A stretch of 64,000 nt of DNA from Nemertoderma westbladi. Taxonomy: Eukaryota > Animalia > Xenacoelomorpha. Below, in pieces: positions 37,712-48,484 of this stretch; position 1 is the first letter of the stretch; each line of letters begins with the position of its first letter. The position numbers and the translations under genes are program-made. The notes under the pieces were generated by a model. That model did no database searches. It had not been told where the DNA came from and saw only the letters and a list, made by a program, of their open reading frames with translations. The stretch spans positions 33,178 through 97,177 of the forward strand of contig JAUCBJ010002899.1 of assembly GCA_032718475.1 (NCBI GenBank), in the 5' to 3' direction.

Positions 37712-38461
37712 CTAAAAGAATCCAGTGAATGTAACTAACACCAAAACCATTCGAATCAATGGAGTTTCCACCACACCAGAACTGATGGCTTTTATCTCGA
37801 CTGTTGTCGTTTCTTCACGCACACTGCTAGTTGTTGTAGCTAGATTACCTTCCCAGATTAGAGGAGTAGGGCACTCACCAGGGCAACAAAATATTTGGCA
37901 CGATTCGTACTTGAGCCTGAACCCATGGAACATATATTCCCTACTTATAAGCATAACCCGCATGACTTCATCCTCTCCTGTTTCCACATCCTTGTGGCTC
38001 TGGTGATCTATTTTAAATTCTGCTTCTACCTGTTGCATAAACAAAGGACAGCTGTCTTCATCCAGAGCCATGCATAAACTATGGGGACCCCTTTCGCGAT
38101 CTATGCAAATTTCGATGACAATCTGGCCCATGAGCTCATCTCCAGTGTCATCATCAACAGCGATATGTCGAAAGAAAAAATGGGCACATTCTGTGCAATT
38201 GTGAAAGATGTGTTTGTTTTGGTGGCGGCGTGTTGTGGTTAAGTTAGCTTTATCAAACCATTCTTGATTGCTACGTTTTAGTGAAGCAAATTTGTCATCA
38301 ATCTCCCGTTGTAACTCATTAGTAGTTGCATTAAAGGTTAGTGATGTTTCACCATAACAATTGAAATTACCAGAACATATTGCAAGGTTTATTATCATGT
38401 AAAGAACATATAGTGATGTTTGGAGCTGCCCGCTTCGATGGAATATCGCTGAGACAGCCAT
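37712..38461 (-). CDS. Intronless secreted/GPI-anchored cysteine-rich protein, Ly6/uPAR three-finger-like (249 aa)
   Basis: Open 750 nt frame in AT-rich DNA; hydrophobic signal (LYVLYMIINLAICSG); 10 mature Cys starting CY and ending CQIFCCPGEC; Thr/Ser stalk; hydrophobic C-terminus. Confidence 0.7.
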   Translation of the reverse strand: MAVSAIFHRSGQLQTSLYVLYMIINLAICSGNFNCYGETSLTFNATTNELQREIDDKFASLKRSNQEWFDKANLTTTRRHQNKHIFHNCTECAHFFFRHIAVDDDTGDELMGQIVIEICIDRERGPHSLCMALDEDSCPLFMQQVEAEFKIDHQSHKDVETGEDEVMRVMLISREYMFHGFRLKYESCQIFCCPGECPTPLIWEGNLATTTSSVREETTTVEIKAISSGVVETPLIRMVLVLVTFTGFF

Positions 38462-39346
38462 ACCCCTGGCTAACACTAACAGGTACGTTAGTGCTGCCGT
38501 CCCTTGTTCAGTGAATTGAAGTCAGGTAGTTATTGATTTTTATCAGTCATATAACGTTTTTAGTTCGATGATATTATAAAGGTTTGATATTAAAACCATT
38601 ACTGTTACATAGTGGTTGGTTATGTTGTTTGGTAAAAGCAGTTATATTTTACTACTAACATTTATCAACTAAATCAACTAATACTGTACTGAATGTAAGG
38701 GTCTATTTTCCGGTAAACCTATAACTAGATAACTTGATTATAGTACAGTAGTAGTAACTCTCGGAGAGAAACATTCACTCTGGTAGTATACTCGGTACAT
38801 GGAGATTGAGGTGGCATGGAGGGACTCGATTCTTGAAGGCTATGGCCCAGGAAATCTAATATTTTTTGATAGTCAAAGGGTAGCAGTTTGTTACAAAATC
38901 GGTTTAAGAAGATCCAAATGGCCATGATTTACAAAAAACCCAATCCTAATGATTGTAGTTCTATAAAGCCGCAGAATACTTTAGTATATGTTGGATGAAA
39001 GTCTACCAGCCAATAATAAATTAGTAAGGGATTGGCAACGTCTATCAAATTAAAAATTAGATAATACATTTTTTTTTAATTTCGTATATTTTCGCTTTCA
39101 GTCTGGGTAATAAAGTTAATAAACCATATTTATATTTGATATTGCAGTAGTCTATACCAAAATAAAATATATATAATAATATTGCATAAAATTATGCTAT
39201 TATACAGTATATAACTAATTCTAAATTATATTTCTATATATACCTACCTAGTAAAGGCTTTCTTGTTTGTATATATACCAAATATGTTAAATAACTTGAA
39301 GTATGCTGGATGAAATTATATATGTAGATGGTATGTTTTACAATCA

Positions 39347-40535
39347 TATCATTGTAATTATATCATTATTGATCTTTCATTTTTGCTTCTGTGCTTCAAA
39401 ACACTCTTCCCTTAATCAACAACCATGTTAACTTATACTACCGGCATGTGGTCTCCGTTAAATTCATTGTATAATAGCGAAATGGCGCTTGGATACACAA
39501 CCAGTGTTAAAACCAGCTGCTTGGTTAAAGCTAATTGGGGGGTCAAAGGTCAACGTTAAAACTGCCTTGATATAGGTAAAAGTAATTAGGAAAATCAGAG
39601 GTGTCACTTAATGACACCCATTGGGCCTCTAGGCGATGGTTGGACAACACTCATGACCCATTGGATCTTATGGTGCTAATCGGTCTGATTAATTAGGATA
39701 AGCAATTAATCCCTAAGGAGTCGTAAGACACCTATTAGGGATTAAATGAACTAATTAATTGATGACACCCGTCAATTAGGGTCTAATTAGCCTAATTGGG
39801 AGGTGTCACCCAGACTGTCTGGCGCCAATGAAACCCAATGGCACCCTATGGGTGCTATAACTCATCAATGAGTCATGAGTGTGGTCCAACTGTCAACGAG
39901 AGGACCAAACGCATACTACTCTTGATATTGCATATTAATTATGGGATTTACATGGCTGATTTGCGAACTGTGGCGAGTATTGCGATGCACGGGTTGCTAA
40001 GCAATGTACCTTAGAGTAGTGGTCGTTATATAGATTATGGATGAACCGATGGTAAGGTTGCAATGCAATGACAGGATTTCTAATCTACACAGTACAGTAT
40101 AAACACTTTATATACGACAATGTATAAATATCATTGAGAAATTGCGGAGATACAGTGGGCTTTTATAAATTGGATGTTTTTACGTCAGGGAAATAATTAT
40201 CCGGCTCCGAATTATTGTCCTAAAAGCAAAAATTAATTAAAATGCGCCTAAATTAGGCTTAAAGCTAATAAACTTAATTTATATTTCGTAATGCATTAGG
40301 CCTACATAGTACTGTATAACAGCAATAATATGCAATATGTTGTATAATTATTATGTTGTATAAGCTGACTTGTATTACATTATGTAGATGGTTTACCAGT
40401 AACTCATTGTAATTCATATTATTGATCTTACTTTTTTGCTTCTGTGCTATAAAACACTCTCTTGTAAAAATCATTATTCCTCTCAACTATACTACCGGCA
40501 TGCGGTCTCCATTAAGTTCTTCATATAATAGCTAA
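39347..40535. repeat. ~140 bp direct repeats (39347-39490, 40403-40535) flanking an imperfect palindrome (~39600-39900)
   Basis: TCATTGTAATT..TATTGATCTT..TTTTGCTTCTGTGCT..AAAACACTCT..TATACTACCGGCATG occurs twice; TGGACAACACTCATGACCCATTG is inverted at 39866-39888. Confidence 0.65.
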
Positions 40536-40799
40536 ATGAGGTCTCCAAACAGTTGCAACGAACTACACAGTTCTACTGTACAGTGAAGAATCACACAACC
40601 ATTATTACTCTATTACATAATCTACTAATATATGCCAAATAACTTGGATATACAATAAATGTGAAATGAAATGTAAAAAATGTGAATTTATAGCATCGTA
40701 TAAGGGAATTACACAATTTGTGTTCAAAGTGAAAAGTGCTGGTTACTTTTTTTGGTTTTTTTTTTCATTTTTTGCCTACATAGAGGACTAAAACAGCGA

Positions 40800-41511
40800 T
40801 TTATAGTAATCAGATACTTTCCAATTGATTTTGCGCCCCAGAAAACCTGTCTGTAGCACATATTTGATAATCAAAAATCATCACCAAATCAATCTGAATA
40901 GGTTTTCTGGGTCGCTAATCACGAATATGACACAATATTTTATTATGCTTCTTGCATTTTTCGTCCCACCAGACAAGCTCCATAAATGATAGTTGCGTTA
41001 CCACATAGGTATGATTTTTAACGAGTTGTATCGTGATTAGCGACCTTGAAAACCAGTATAGCTTCAGAATACCAAACCTAAAGCAAAATTTAACAATTCA
41101 TAATTTTGTGCTACTTGTACTTTTCGTACTTGGGCACGAGAATGTCACCAAAATTGGGTTTGCATTACCAGAATTATTTATAACCAGTTTCGTCGTGATC
41201 AGCGACCTCGAAAACCCCTATACCTTCAGAATTATCAAACCAAACGCAAAATACTTTAGTTTTAAATTTTTTACTTGTACTTTTCCTCCTGTGGGACCAA
41301 AATAGCACCAAAAATGATGGTTGCCTTGTGAGAAAATATTTTTAACAAGTTTATCGTGATCAGCGACCTCGAAAGAAAACCCTTATACCATAAAAATTGT
41401 AATTTTTGAGTGAGCCAAGATCTAAAAAATTTATAAAATGACCCCCCCCCCCCCCCCCCCCCCCCCCCCGGCCAATTACGTTGTAAAATAGCCAGGGCCA
41501 GATAGGGTTAA
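40800..41511. mobile_element. Right end of a piggyBac-like MITE with internal GATCAGCGACCTCGAAA repeats
   Basis: Ends CCAGATAGGGTTAA after a poly-C run; repeated motif at ~41033, 41195 and 41356. Confidence 0.5.
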
Positions 41512-41978
41512 TTTTGCCTAACGTGTTAACATCGGATGTAAATCAACTAGCGCGGTGTATGACCCGTTAGGGAGCCTGTAATTCAACGGCTTACTGAAAA
41601 TGTGCCGTTTTGTATCATTTGATTGCTTCTCTCTATATAATTCCTTAACAATTATGTTCACATACGGGATGTTCGCGGTATTTCAACTTTCCATAACGCG
41701 AGTTGAATATTTTTGTATTTATTTAAAATTGATTATTCCGATATTACTACTGGGTGCGGGACCATGGGTTTTGGGCACATTCAATAAACTGGGGGCGATT
41801 TATGGGCGAACTTTGGGGCAACTTACAGGGTACGGGAATAATTTCATAGTTATAAGGGCCAGGGGGGGATGGAAAATGCAAGCAGTATTCAGGTTAGCCT
41901 GAGTACTATTAGGCCCTGGCCAACTTCCTGCTGCCTGTAGGGGTGGATTTGGTAATGCGCCAGGCCTAAAGGACAAGG

Positions 41979-42880
41979 ACTGCCCTTAGCGGTCCCTGGC
42001 CAACAGCAGCCATTACGAGACTGAAAAGAACTCGGACCGCTGACTGCTTGTGTCAGGGATTTGCGACGGGCACCGACGGCCCCTTAGTAGCCAAGCCGTT
42101 CTGGTTCTCGATGATCGAACCCCGGGGTTCGTGAGGGGTGGAGCGGACACGCGAACGGGTGGCCAACTAACGACTGCCCCCTGACCTAAGCCGTACTGGT
42201 TCTCGATGACCGATCCCTTCGGGGTTCGTGAGGGGTGGGACGGACATGCGAAAGGGCTGGCCACAGGACGGGTTTGACGAGAACTGCCCTTAGCGGTCTC
42301 TGGTCAACGGCAGCTACTACGAGACTGAAAAGAACTCGGAACGCTGACTGCTTGTACTGGGATTTGCGACGGGAACCGACGACAGACCCCTTAGCCAAGC
42401 CGTACTGGTTCTCGATGATCGTTCCCTTCGGGGTTCGTGAGGGGTGGAACGGACACGCGATGGGGTCGAAAGACAAAGGACTAGACTCGACTAGACTCTA
42501 CTGGCCTACCGACTGTTCGGAGCAGTTTCTCGGCTGCCGAAGCGACTACGAGCCTGAAACGGACTCGGAAAGCCTAGGTGGTTGGGTTTCTGTGATGAAC
42601 TGACGGACCCCTAGCCAAGCCGTTCTGGTTCTCGATGATCGAACCCTTCGGGGTTCGTGAGGGGTGGAACGGACACGCGAACGGGTCCACCGACACGACA
42701 GACTCCTAGCCAAGCCGTACTGGTTCTCGATGACCGAACCCTTCGGGGTTCGAGAGGGGTGGTACGGATACGCGACAGAGTCTACCGACTGGACCGACCC
42801 TTAGCCAAGCCGTGCTGGTTCTCGATGATCGTTCCCTTCGGGGTTCGTGAGGGGTGGAACGGACACGCGACAGGGTCGAC
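41979..42880 (+). ncRNA. Array of structured RNA modules (six kink-turn/UUCG hairpins 'A', three GAAA-capped modules 'B') upstream of BEL gag-pol
   Basis: Six copies of AAGCCGTNCTGGTTCTCGATGAYCGWWCCCTTCGGGGTTCGWGAGGGGTGGNACGGAYAYGCGA (copy 1 lacks the loop TT) with covarying closing stems. Repeats are observed; RNA function is inferred. Confidence 0.6.
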
Positions 42881-43537
42881 CGACACCGACACTACGGCAC
42901 TAAGACTGGGACCGAGGGAAAATCTGGGGAACATTAGGTAGGCTAAAATTCTGAGCAAACAGTGGGTTATTAAATAATATACTGTAGGGATTTATATTAT
43001 CGTGTATAATTATTGTGAATATTTGGTGTATATTGATTTGGGGAAGCCCAAAATTATTCTTAATCAAGGTTCAAGTTCAATGATGTTGAACGGTTTCAAC
43101 TATAGGAAGTTACATTAAAGAGTATATCCAACTAATGCAGCTTTTTATCAACCGCAAACTTGCATCTCAGAAAATCATTCCCTCCCCACAATCAATATCC
43201 GGTGACTGGCCGGGGCTCGGTGGTCTGTTAAGTCACGTCTCCAGCATCGGCGTTTTTCCCCCCTGGTGTAGGGATAACGGCAACAAAATTAAGAATAATT
43301 CATGCTGGTTAATTTTGACAGGGTGTCAAAATTAAGGATAATTACGGTCAACTTCAACTGGTGGAAGTTGAGAATCCTTCAATACTCTTCAAAAACTCTC
43401 TACGTGCTTGCCAGCACCCACTACGAGGAAACTCTGGTATTTGAGTTGAGACAAAGTCGTGGTTTAATTAAGCAACAAACTCGATCTAACCAACTCGTAG
43501 TCGGCAGATCACATATTTGGAGAGTTGTTAACAGGGA

Positions 43538-43729
43538 ATGGAAGTATCGATCACACCCATTGATATAATTCAAGTTGAGCCAGGAATCTGGCACGTCGAA
43601 GTTGAGGTACAAGGAACGAACGTTGGACGATTCAGGATTACTGTTCGGGTGGTCCAAGCTGAGTACAATACCTACGAGGAACTGTTTTACGACATCGCGT
43701 ATCTAGCCATCGACGAGGCGTTACAATGA
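43538..43729 (+). CDS. 63 aa upstream ORF whose stop overlaps the gag-pol start (ATGA)
   Basis: CAA-TGA at 43724-43729 overlaps the ATG at 43726; protein-like alternating pattern WHVEVEVQG..RFRITVRVV. Confidence 0.4.
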   Translation: MEVSITPIDIIQVEPGIWHVEVEVQGTNVGRFRITVRVVQAEYNTYEELFYDIAYLAIDEALQ

Positions 43730-46700
43730 CAACAAATAACGTATCCGATACCGACGAGATGGATCACCACACAGACTCGGAAGCCGACGAGGTACCAAAC
43801 GTCAAGAACATGACCCGTCGGTTAGGGGCTCTTAAAGGCGGAGTAACCCGAGCGTATCAACGGATGGAGAAACAACTCAAGGGAGTCAAAACCCCCCTCA
43901 ATGAGGTACAAACTCAGCTTCAAAGTATCCGAAATATCCTACAGCGGTACGAAAGAATGATACAGGCGTACCAAGAGCTCGTTCCCCCCACCGATCAGGA
44001 AAACTACCCCAAGTTGGAAGAACACGTTGTACATCTAGATGGGTTCCGCAAACAACACCGGAGGACCCTCAGCCTTGTGAGAGGCTATGAGGAACAGTAT
44101 TACAAGAGGGCTGACGCGGAATCAGTACGATCCTCCAGCATCAGGACAGCAGTACATCGAAAGAGAACGGGGTCCGCTAGAAATCAGCACTCCAGCGCTA
44201 GGAGCGAGATATCCGGCTCGGCGCGCAGTTCTCAAGGGGCGCCGCCACTCCGAGACCAACTGCGAGAACGGAAGACATTAGCCCTCAAAGCTCGGATGGA
44301 AGACGAGTATATTCAACTGCAAGCCGAGCAAGATGTATTAGCCGCCGAAACACAAAAGCGAGAGGCCGAACAAGCGGCCGAACGGCAGGCCGAACAACGC
44401 GAACAGGAGGCCGAACAACATAGACGAGAGGCCGAACGGCAGGCCGAACAACGCAAACAGGAGGCCGAACAACATAGACGAGAGGCCGAACGGCAGGCCG
44501 AACAACGTAAACAGGAGGCCGAACAACATAGACGAGAGGCCGAACGGCAGGCCGAACAACATAGACGAGAGGACGAACGACAGGCCGAACAACGCAAACA
44601 GGAGGCCGAACAACGCGGACGAGAGGCCGAACGAGAGATCGAACAACGTAAATGGGAAGCGGAAATGCGTAAACAACACGCCGAGGCCCAAGCAATTCTC
44701 ATCCACAAAAAGAATGCGGATATTGCAAAACTCGCAGAATACGAAGCCGCACTTATCGAACGAGATATTCAACTCTACGAGGACTGGGAAAGGGATATAG
44801 ATCAGGAATATGAACCAATTCCGGTACCGGAGTTAGAAAAGTCATTTACACCAACAGCGGCGAAACCTCCGAAACCCGAGATCCCGCCTACCAAACAGTC
44901 TACGCTATCGGCACAAGCCCCGGTGTTCCATCCCCCACCAGCTACGCTAAAGAATGAGGAACCTTATTTCCCATCCAACACCACGACAGCGAGTGTACCC
45001 AAGTACGAGCCTGAAAGGGACTCGGAACGGGACGCCACTCCCCGATCTAACAACCCATTTACATCCACACCACAAACTCGTAGCCGCGTCATTATTAAAA
45101 CTCCACCTATTATTGATCCATCAAGTATGGGAGTGAGTGCCAATAACTATAACCCTCCGAGTCACTCTAGTTCAGACGACGTCAGCATCATCCGGGCGTT
45201 GGAGAACCGCCTTGCCATGCCTAAGATGGAGATTCGCACCTTCGAAGGAGATCCCGTCGATTACCTCAGATTCAAGAAACGGTTCTTTGCGCAGATCGGA
45301 TCAACGGACATAGCCGACGCACAGAAATTGGTATATTTATCGCAATACCTGGGTGACAAACCACGCAGAATTGTTGCATGTTTTGAAGGAGGTTCTCATG
45401 AGGCATACTATGACGCATGGAAAACTCTAGATAAAAGATACGGAAATACCGGAACTATAATTAATAAAACTCTAGAGAGACTGATACAGGACGCGGGATC
45501 ACTAGGGGACCCACAGAACATACAGGAATTCTCCGACTCTATGAAGGATGCCTACTATACTTTGAAACCCTTAAATAAGGAGGACCAGGTGAACAACATT
45601 CTAAACCTCCGACAGATCGCCAAGAAGTTCCCCGGATGGCTACAAAGTAAGTGGGCTTATAAATGTGTAGATCTCCGGCGCAGACATCCAGATCGAGATC
45701 CTAGCTTCCTTGAAATGTCGGCATTCCTGGACGATATCTCCGAAGCCATGAATGACTCGATGTTTTCAAAACAAAGTCTCGCAAAGTTGGACGGAATAGA
45801 GAGCAACTCCAGGAGTAAGATAACCCCTCCGAAACCGAGATTCCGCCCCCCACCGGTAAGTACGATGGCCATTACCATGGCCGAGGATTCCGACGACGAA
45901 GACTACGAGGAACCGACATCCGCCGAGGAATGGGCATGTTATCTCGCGAGTTGGGCACCCGAAAGGGAAGGCATCACAAATTCCCTGCTCTGTCTCTTCT
46001 GTGGGGAGAAACACAAAGTGGAATTCTGCAGAAAGTTTCAGTTCGCCGAACTCGTCCCACGCTTCGAGGCGATAATGAAACACCGAGGATGCTTCCGGTG
46101 TCTTGGAACAGGTCACTATGTTCGGGAGTGCGACCAAAGATCATGCTGTACTGTCTGTAACGACCAACGCCATCACACGCTCCTCCACATCCCCGCGAAC
46201 TTCGATTTTACTACCCTCCCCTTTCGGATCGAAGCCAGGCGAAGAGGAGAAACAAACCACATCTTCAAAGGAACCCGGACAACCCAACGGAGAGAAACCA
46301 ACCCGTTTAAGATCTCCACCGATACACCACAAGTAACCAATATTTCGGCCACGATTAATCTTATAAATCGCCGCTACATGGTTTTCGCAAAGGTAATCCC
46401 AGTAAGGATCCAAGGAGTCGGCAAATCTTTGACGACACTCGCGTTCCTCGATAACGGGTCCGACGGAACCATCATCGACCGGGATTTCCTCGAGCAACTC
46501 GGCCTAGAATATGAACCTTGTAAACGGCCCATACAAACCATCACCGATAACAGAGAAGTAGAGTCCGGGGAGGTACAACTCCAGATGGAAGGAGTGATGA
46601 AGGGCTACGAAACGGCTAAGTTAACCATCAAGAACGCCTTGGTACACACAGACCTCCGGGTGCGGTTCCGACAATCAGCCGAGTACGCCCCCCTCATACA

Positions 46701-48247
46701 ATTGGACCGAGACGATGTAGACCTGAGGTGTCCGCAGTTGGACGTGAACCGTATCACCCTACTGATCGGACTTGATACACCAGAACTACACATCCCCACC
46801 GGAGATATCGCTCGATCTATAAACCAGGATGATGGATTTTATGCTGAACGAACAATAATGGGATGGACACTCTGCGGCATTAAGGAGGAAACTACGGACA
46901 CCTATACCTACCTTCCTAAATGTCAGATTAAAGAGAATGTAACCTCTGTGGGTTATTGCTCAGCTTCGGATCTTGACGAGGATTTGTTCCTGGAAACCGA
47001 GAAAACCCAACGAGAGATGACGAAATATTTTAATTTGGAGACCCAGGAGTTCGCGGAAAAGGACGAAAACCCATCCGAAGAGGACCAATATTGTATGGAC
47101 GTTCTCGACCAGGCCACGTTTAAAGACGGACATTGGTGTTCACCTATGTTATGGAAGGACCCAAACAAACCAATGGCAAACAACGCCAGCATGGCACTTA
47201 GGCGACTTAAAGGGATTCTACGCCGGCTGAATGACCAACCCGAGATAAAGGAGAAATATAATACCGTAATCCAAGGATATCTCAATGATGGATTAGCAGA
47301 AATGGTACCACGGAATGAACTGCAAGGTGGTGAAAGAACATATTATCTCCCAACCCACTATGTAGTAGAAGCCCGCAAAGGTGGGAAAATCCGAGTGGTA
47401 AATGATGCTGCCGCTATGTACCAGGGCGAATCCCTAAACAGTCAACTTTACACGGGACCCAACATATATAGCACACTCATTGGCGTATTGATCAGGTTCA
47501 GGGAAAACCGGGTAGCATTCACCTGTGACATCAAGGCCATGTTTCATCAAGTTCGTACGTTACCAAGAGACTCGGACTATCTACGTATCCTATGGACGGA
47601 TAAAACGCTCACTCAACAGGAGATTAGCCAACTCACGATCAAGGACGTAGACGTAATGCGTATGGTCGTCAGGATCTTCGGCGCTAAGGACTCGCCGGTA
47701 GCATGCAGTGACATGCTAAAGAGGACAGCAACTATGTGCGAAAACGAGTTCCCTCCAACCGTCATCGAAACCATTCGACGATGCTTCTACGTGGACGACG
47801 GATGCGCCGGCGCGGATAATGTGGATGAGGCATATCGGCTAGCAATGGGGATGGTAGAATGTCTGAAGAAAGGAGGGTTTCCGCTCGTGAAGTTCAGATC
47901 CCACGACAAAACACTTATGGAAAAGTTTCCGGAGGACATCCGGCTGGAAAATAACAAGATGTATTCGGAGGATGTGGAACATCGTGTACTTGGGATTGAA
48001 TGGGAACATAGAATCAGACGAATTCATCTTCAAGTATAAACCCCTACCCAAGCCTATGACAATCCCCGCCCCGTTCGACCCCCGCGGTCGTCCGACCAGC
48101 GCCGACTCTCCGAGGATCACACCGCCTCGCCCTCGCGGCTCTGCTCTGCCTCTCCGGTCCATCCGCAATCCTCCGCGTTCGACCGCCGGCCGAGTCAAGT
48201 CGTCGACTCGCCTTCGAAGAAACGAACGACAATTAGAACCTCGTTGA
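43726..48247 (+). mobile_element. BEL/Pao LTR retrotransposon gag-protease-RT polyprotein; frameshift at ~48003; RNase H and integrase absent
   Basis: DUF1759-like FEGDPVDYLRF..KLVYL..AWKTLDKRYG; three zinc knuckles (CLFC..H..C, CFRC..H...C, CTVC..HH.LLH); protease FLDNGS; RT KIRVVNDAA, SLNSQLYTGPN, DIKAMFHQV, YVDD; LGIEW then NIESDEF in the next frame; purine tract at 48286-48299. Confidence 0.95.
44360..44690 (+). repeat. In-frame 54 bp repeats in gag (EAEQHRREAERQAEQRKQ)
   Basis: Direct inspection of DNA and protein. Confidence 0.9.
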
Positions 48248-48484
48248 AGCGAAGGTTATCTTTGTTTCAAGTTAAATCGTTGTTCGGGGCGCGGGGGAAT
48301 TTTGTTTTGAACAGCGTCGCCGAGAAAACTGTGGTAAAAGATGGTATTACTAACTTTATGACCGGGGAATATCAATTCGGAAATTATAAATGGGAAAAAT
48401 GTCGTTTGTGTTTAACTTTTTGGGGCAATAAACATTTCCTTGAGATTTTCTCGCCTCCTAAATCGATTCGCGCGGTAGCTGAGC

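Noticed and set aside
41979-42880. CRISPR-like repeat-spacer array, hammerhead, twister or SECIS reading of module A
   Set aside because: Linkers are irregular and mutually related; there is no CUGANGA/GAAA core and no twister P4/pseudoknot; the upper helix is only 7 bp and lacks the apical AA of SECIS. The AGCCGUA..UACGG resemblance to group II domain V lacks triad pairing
41949-43375. Primer-binding site for the BEL element (TGGTAATGCG at ~41950, TGGTGGAAG at ~43359)
   Set aside because: Neither follows a clear LTR end nor matches a tRNA 3' end I can verify
44285-48198. Minus-strand ORFs within BEL gag-pol
   Set aside because: Antisense shadows of the coding and repeat sequence
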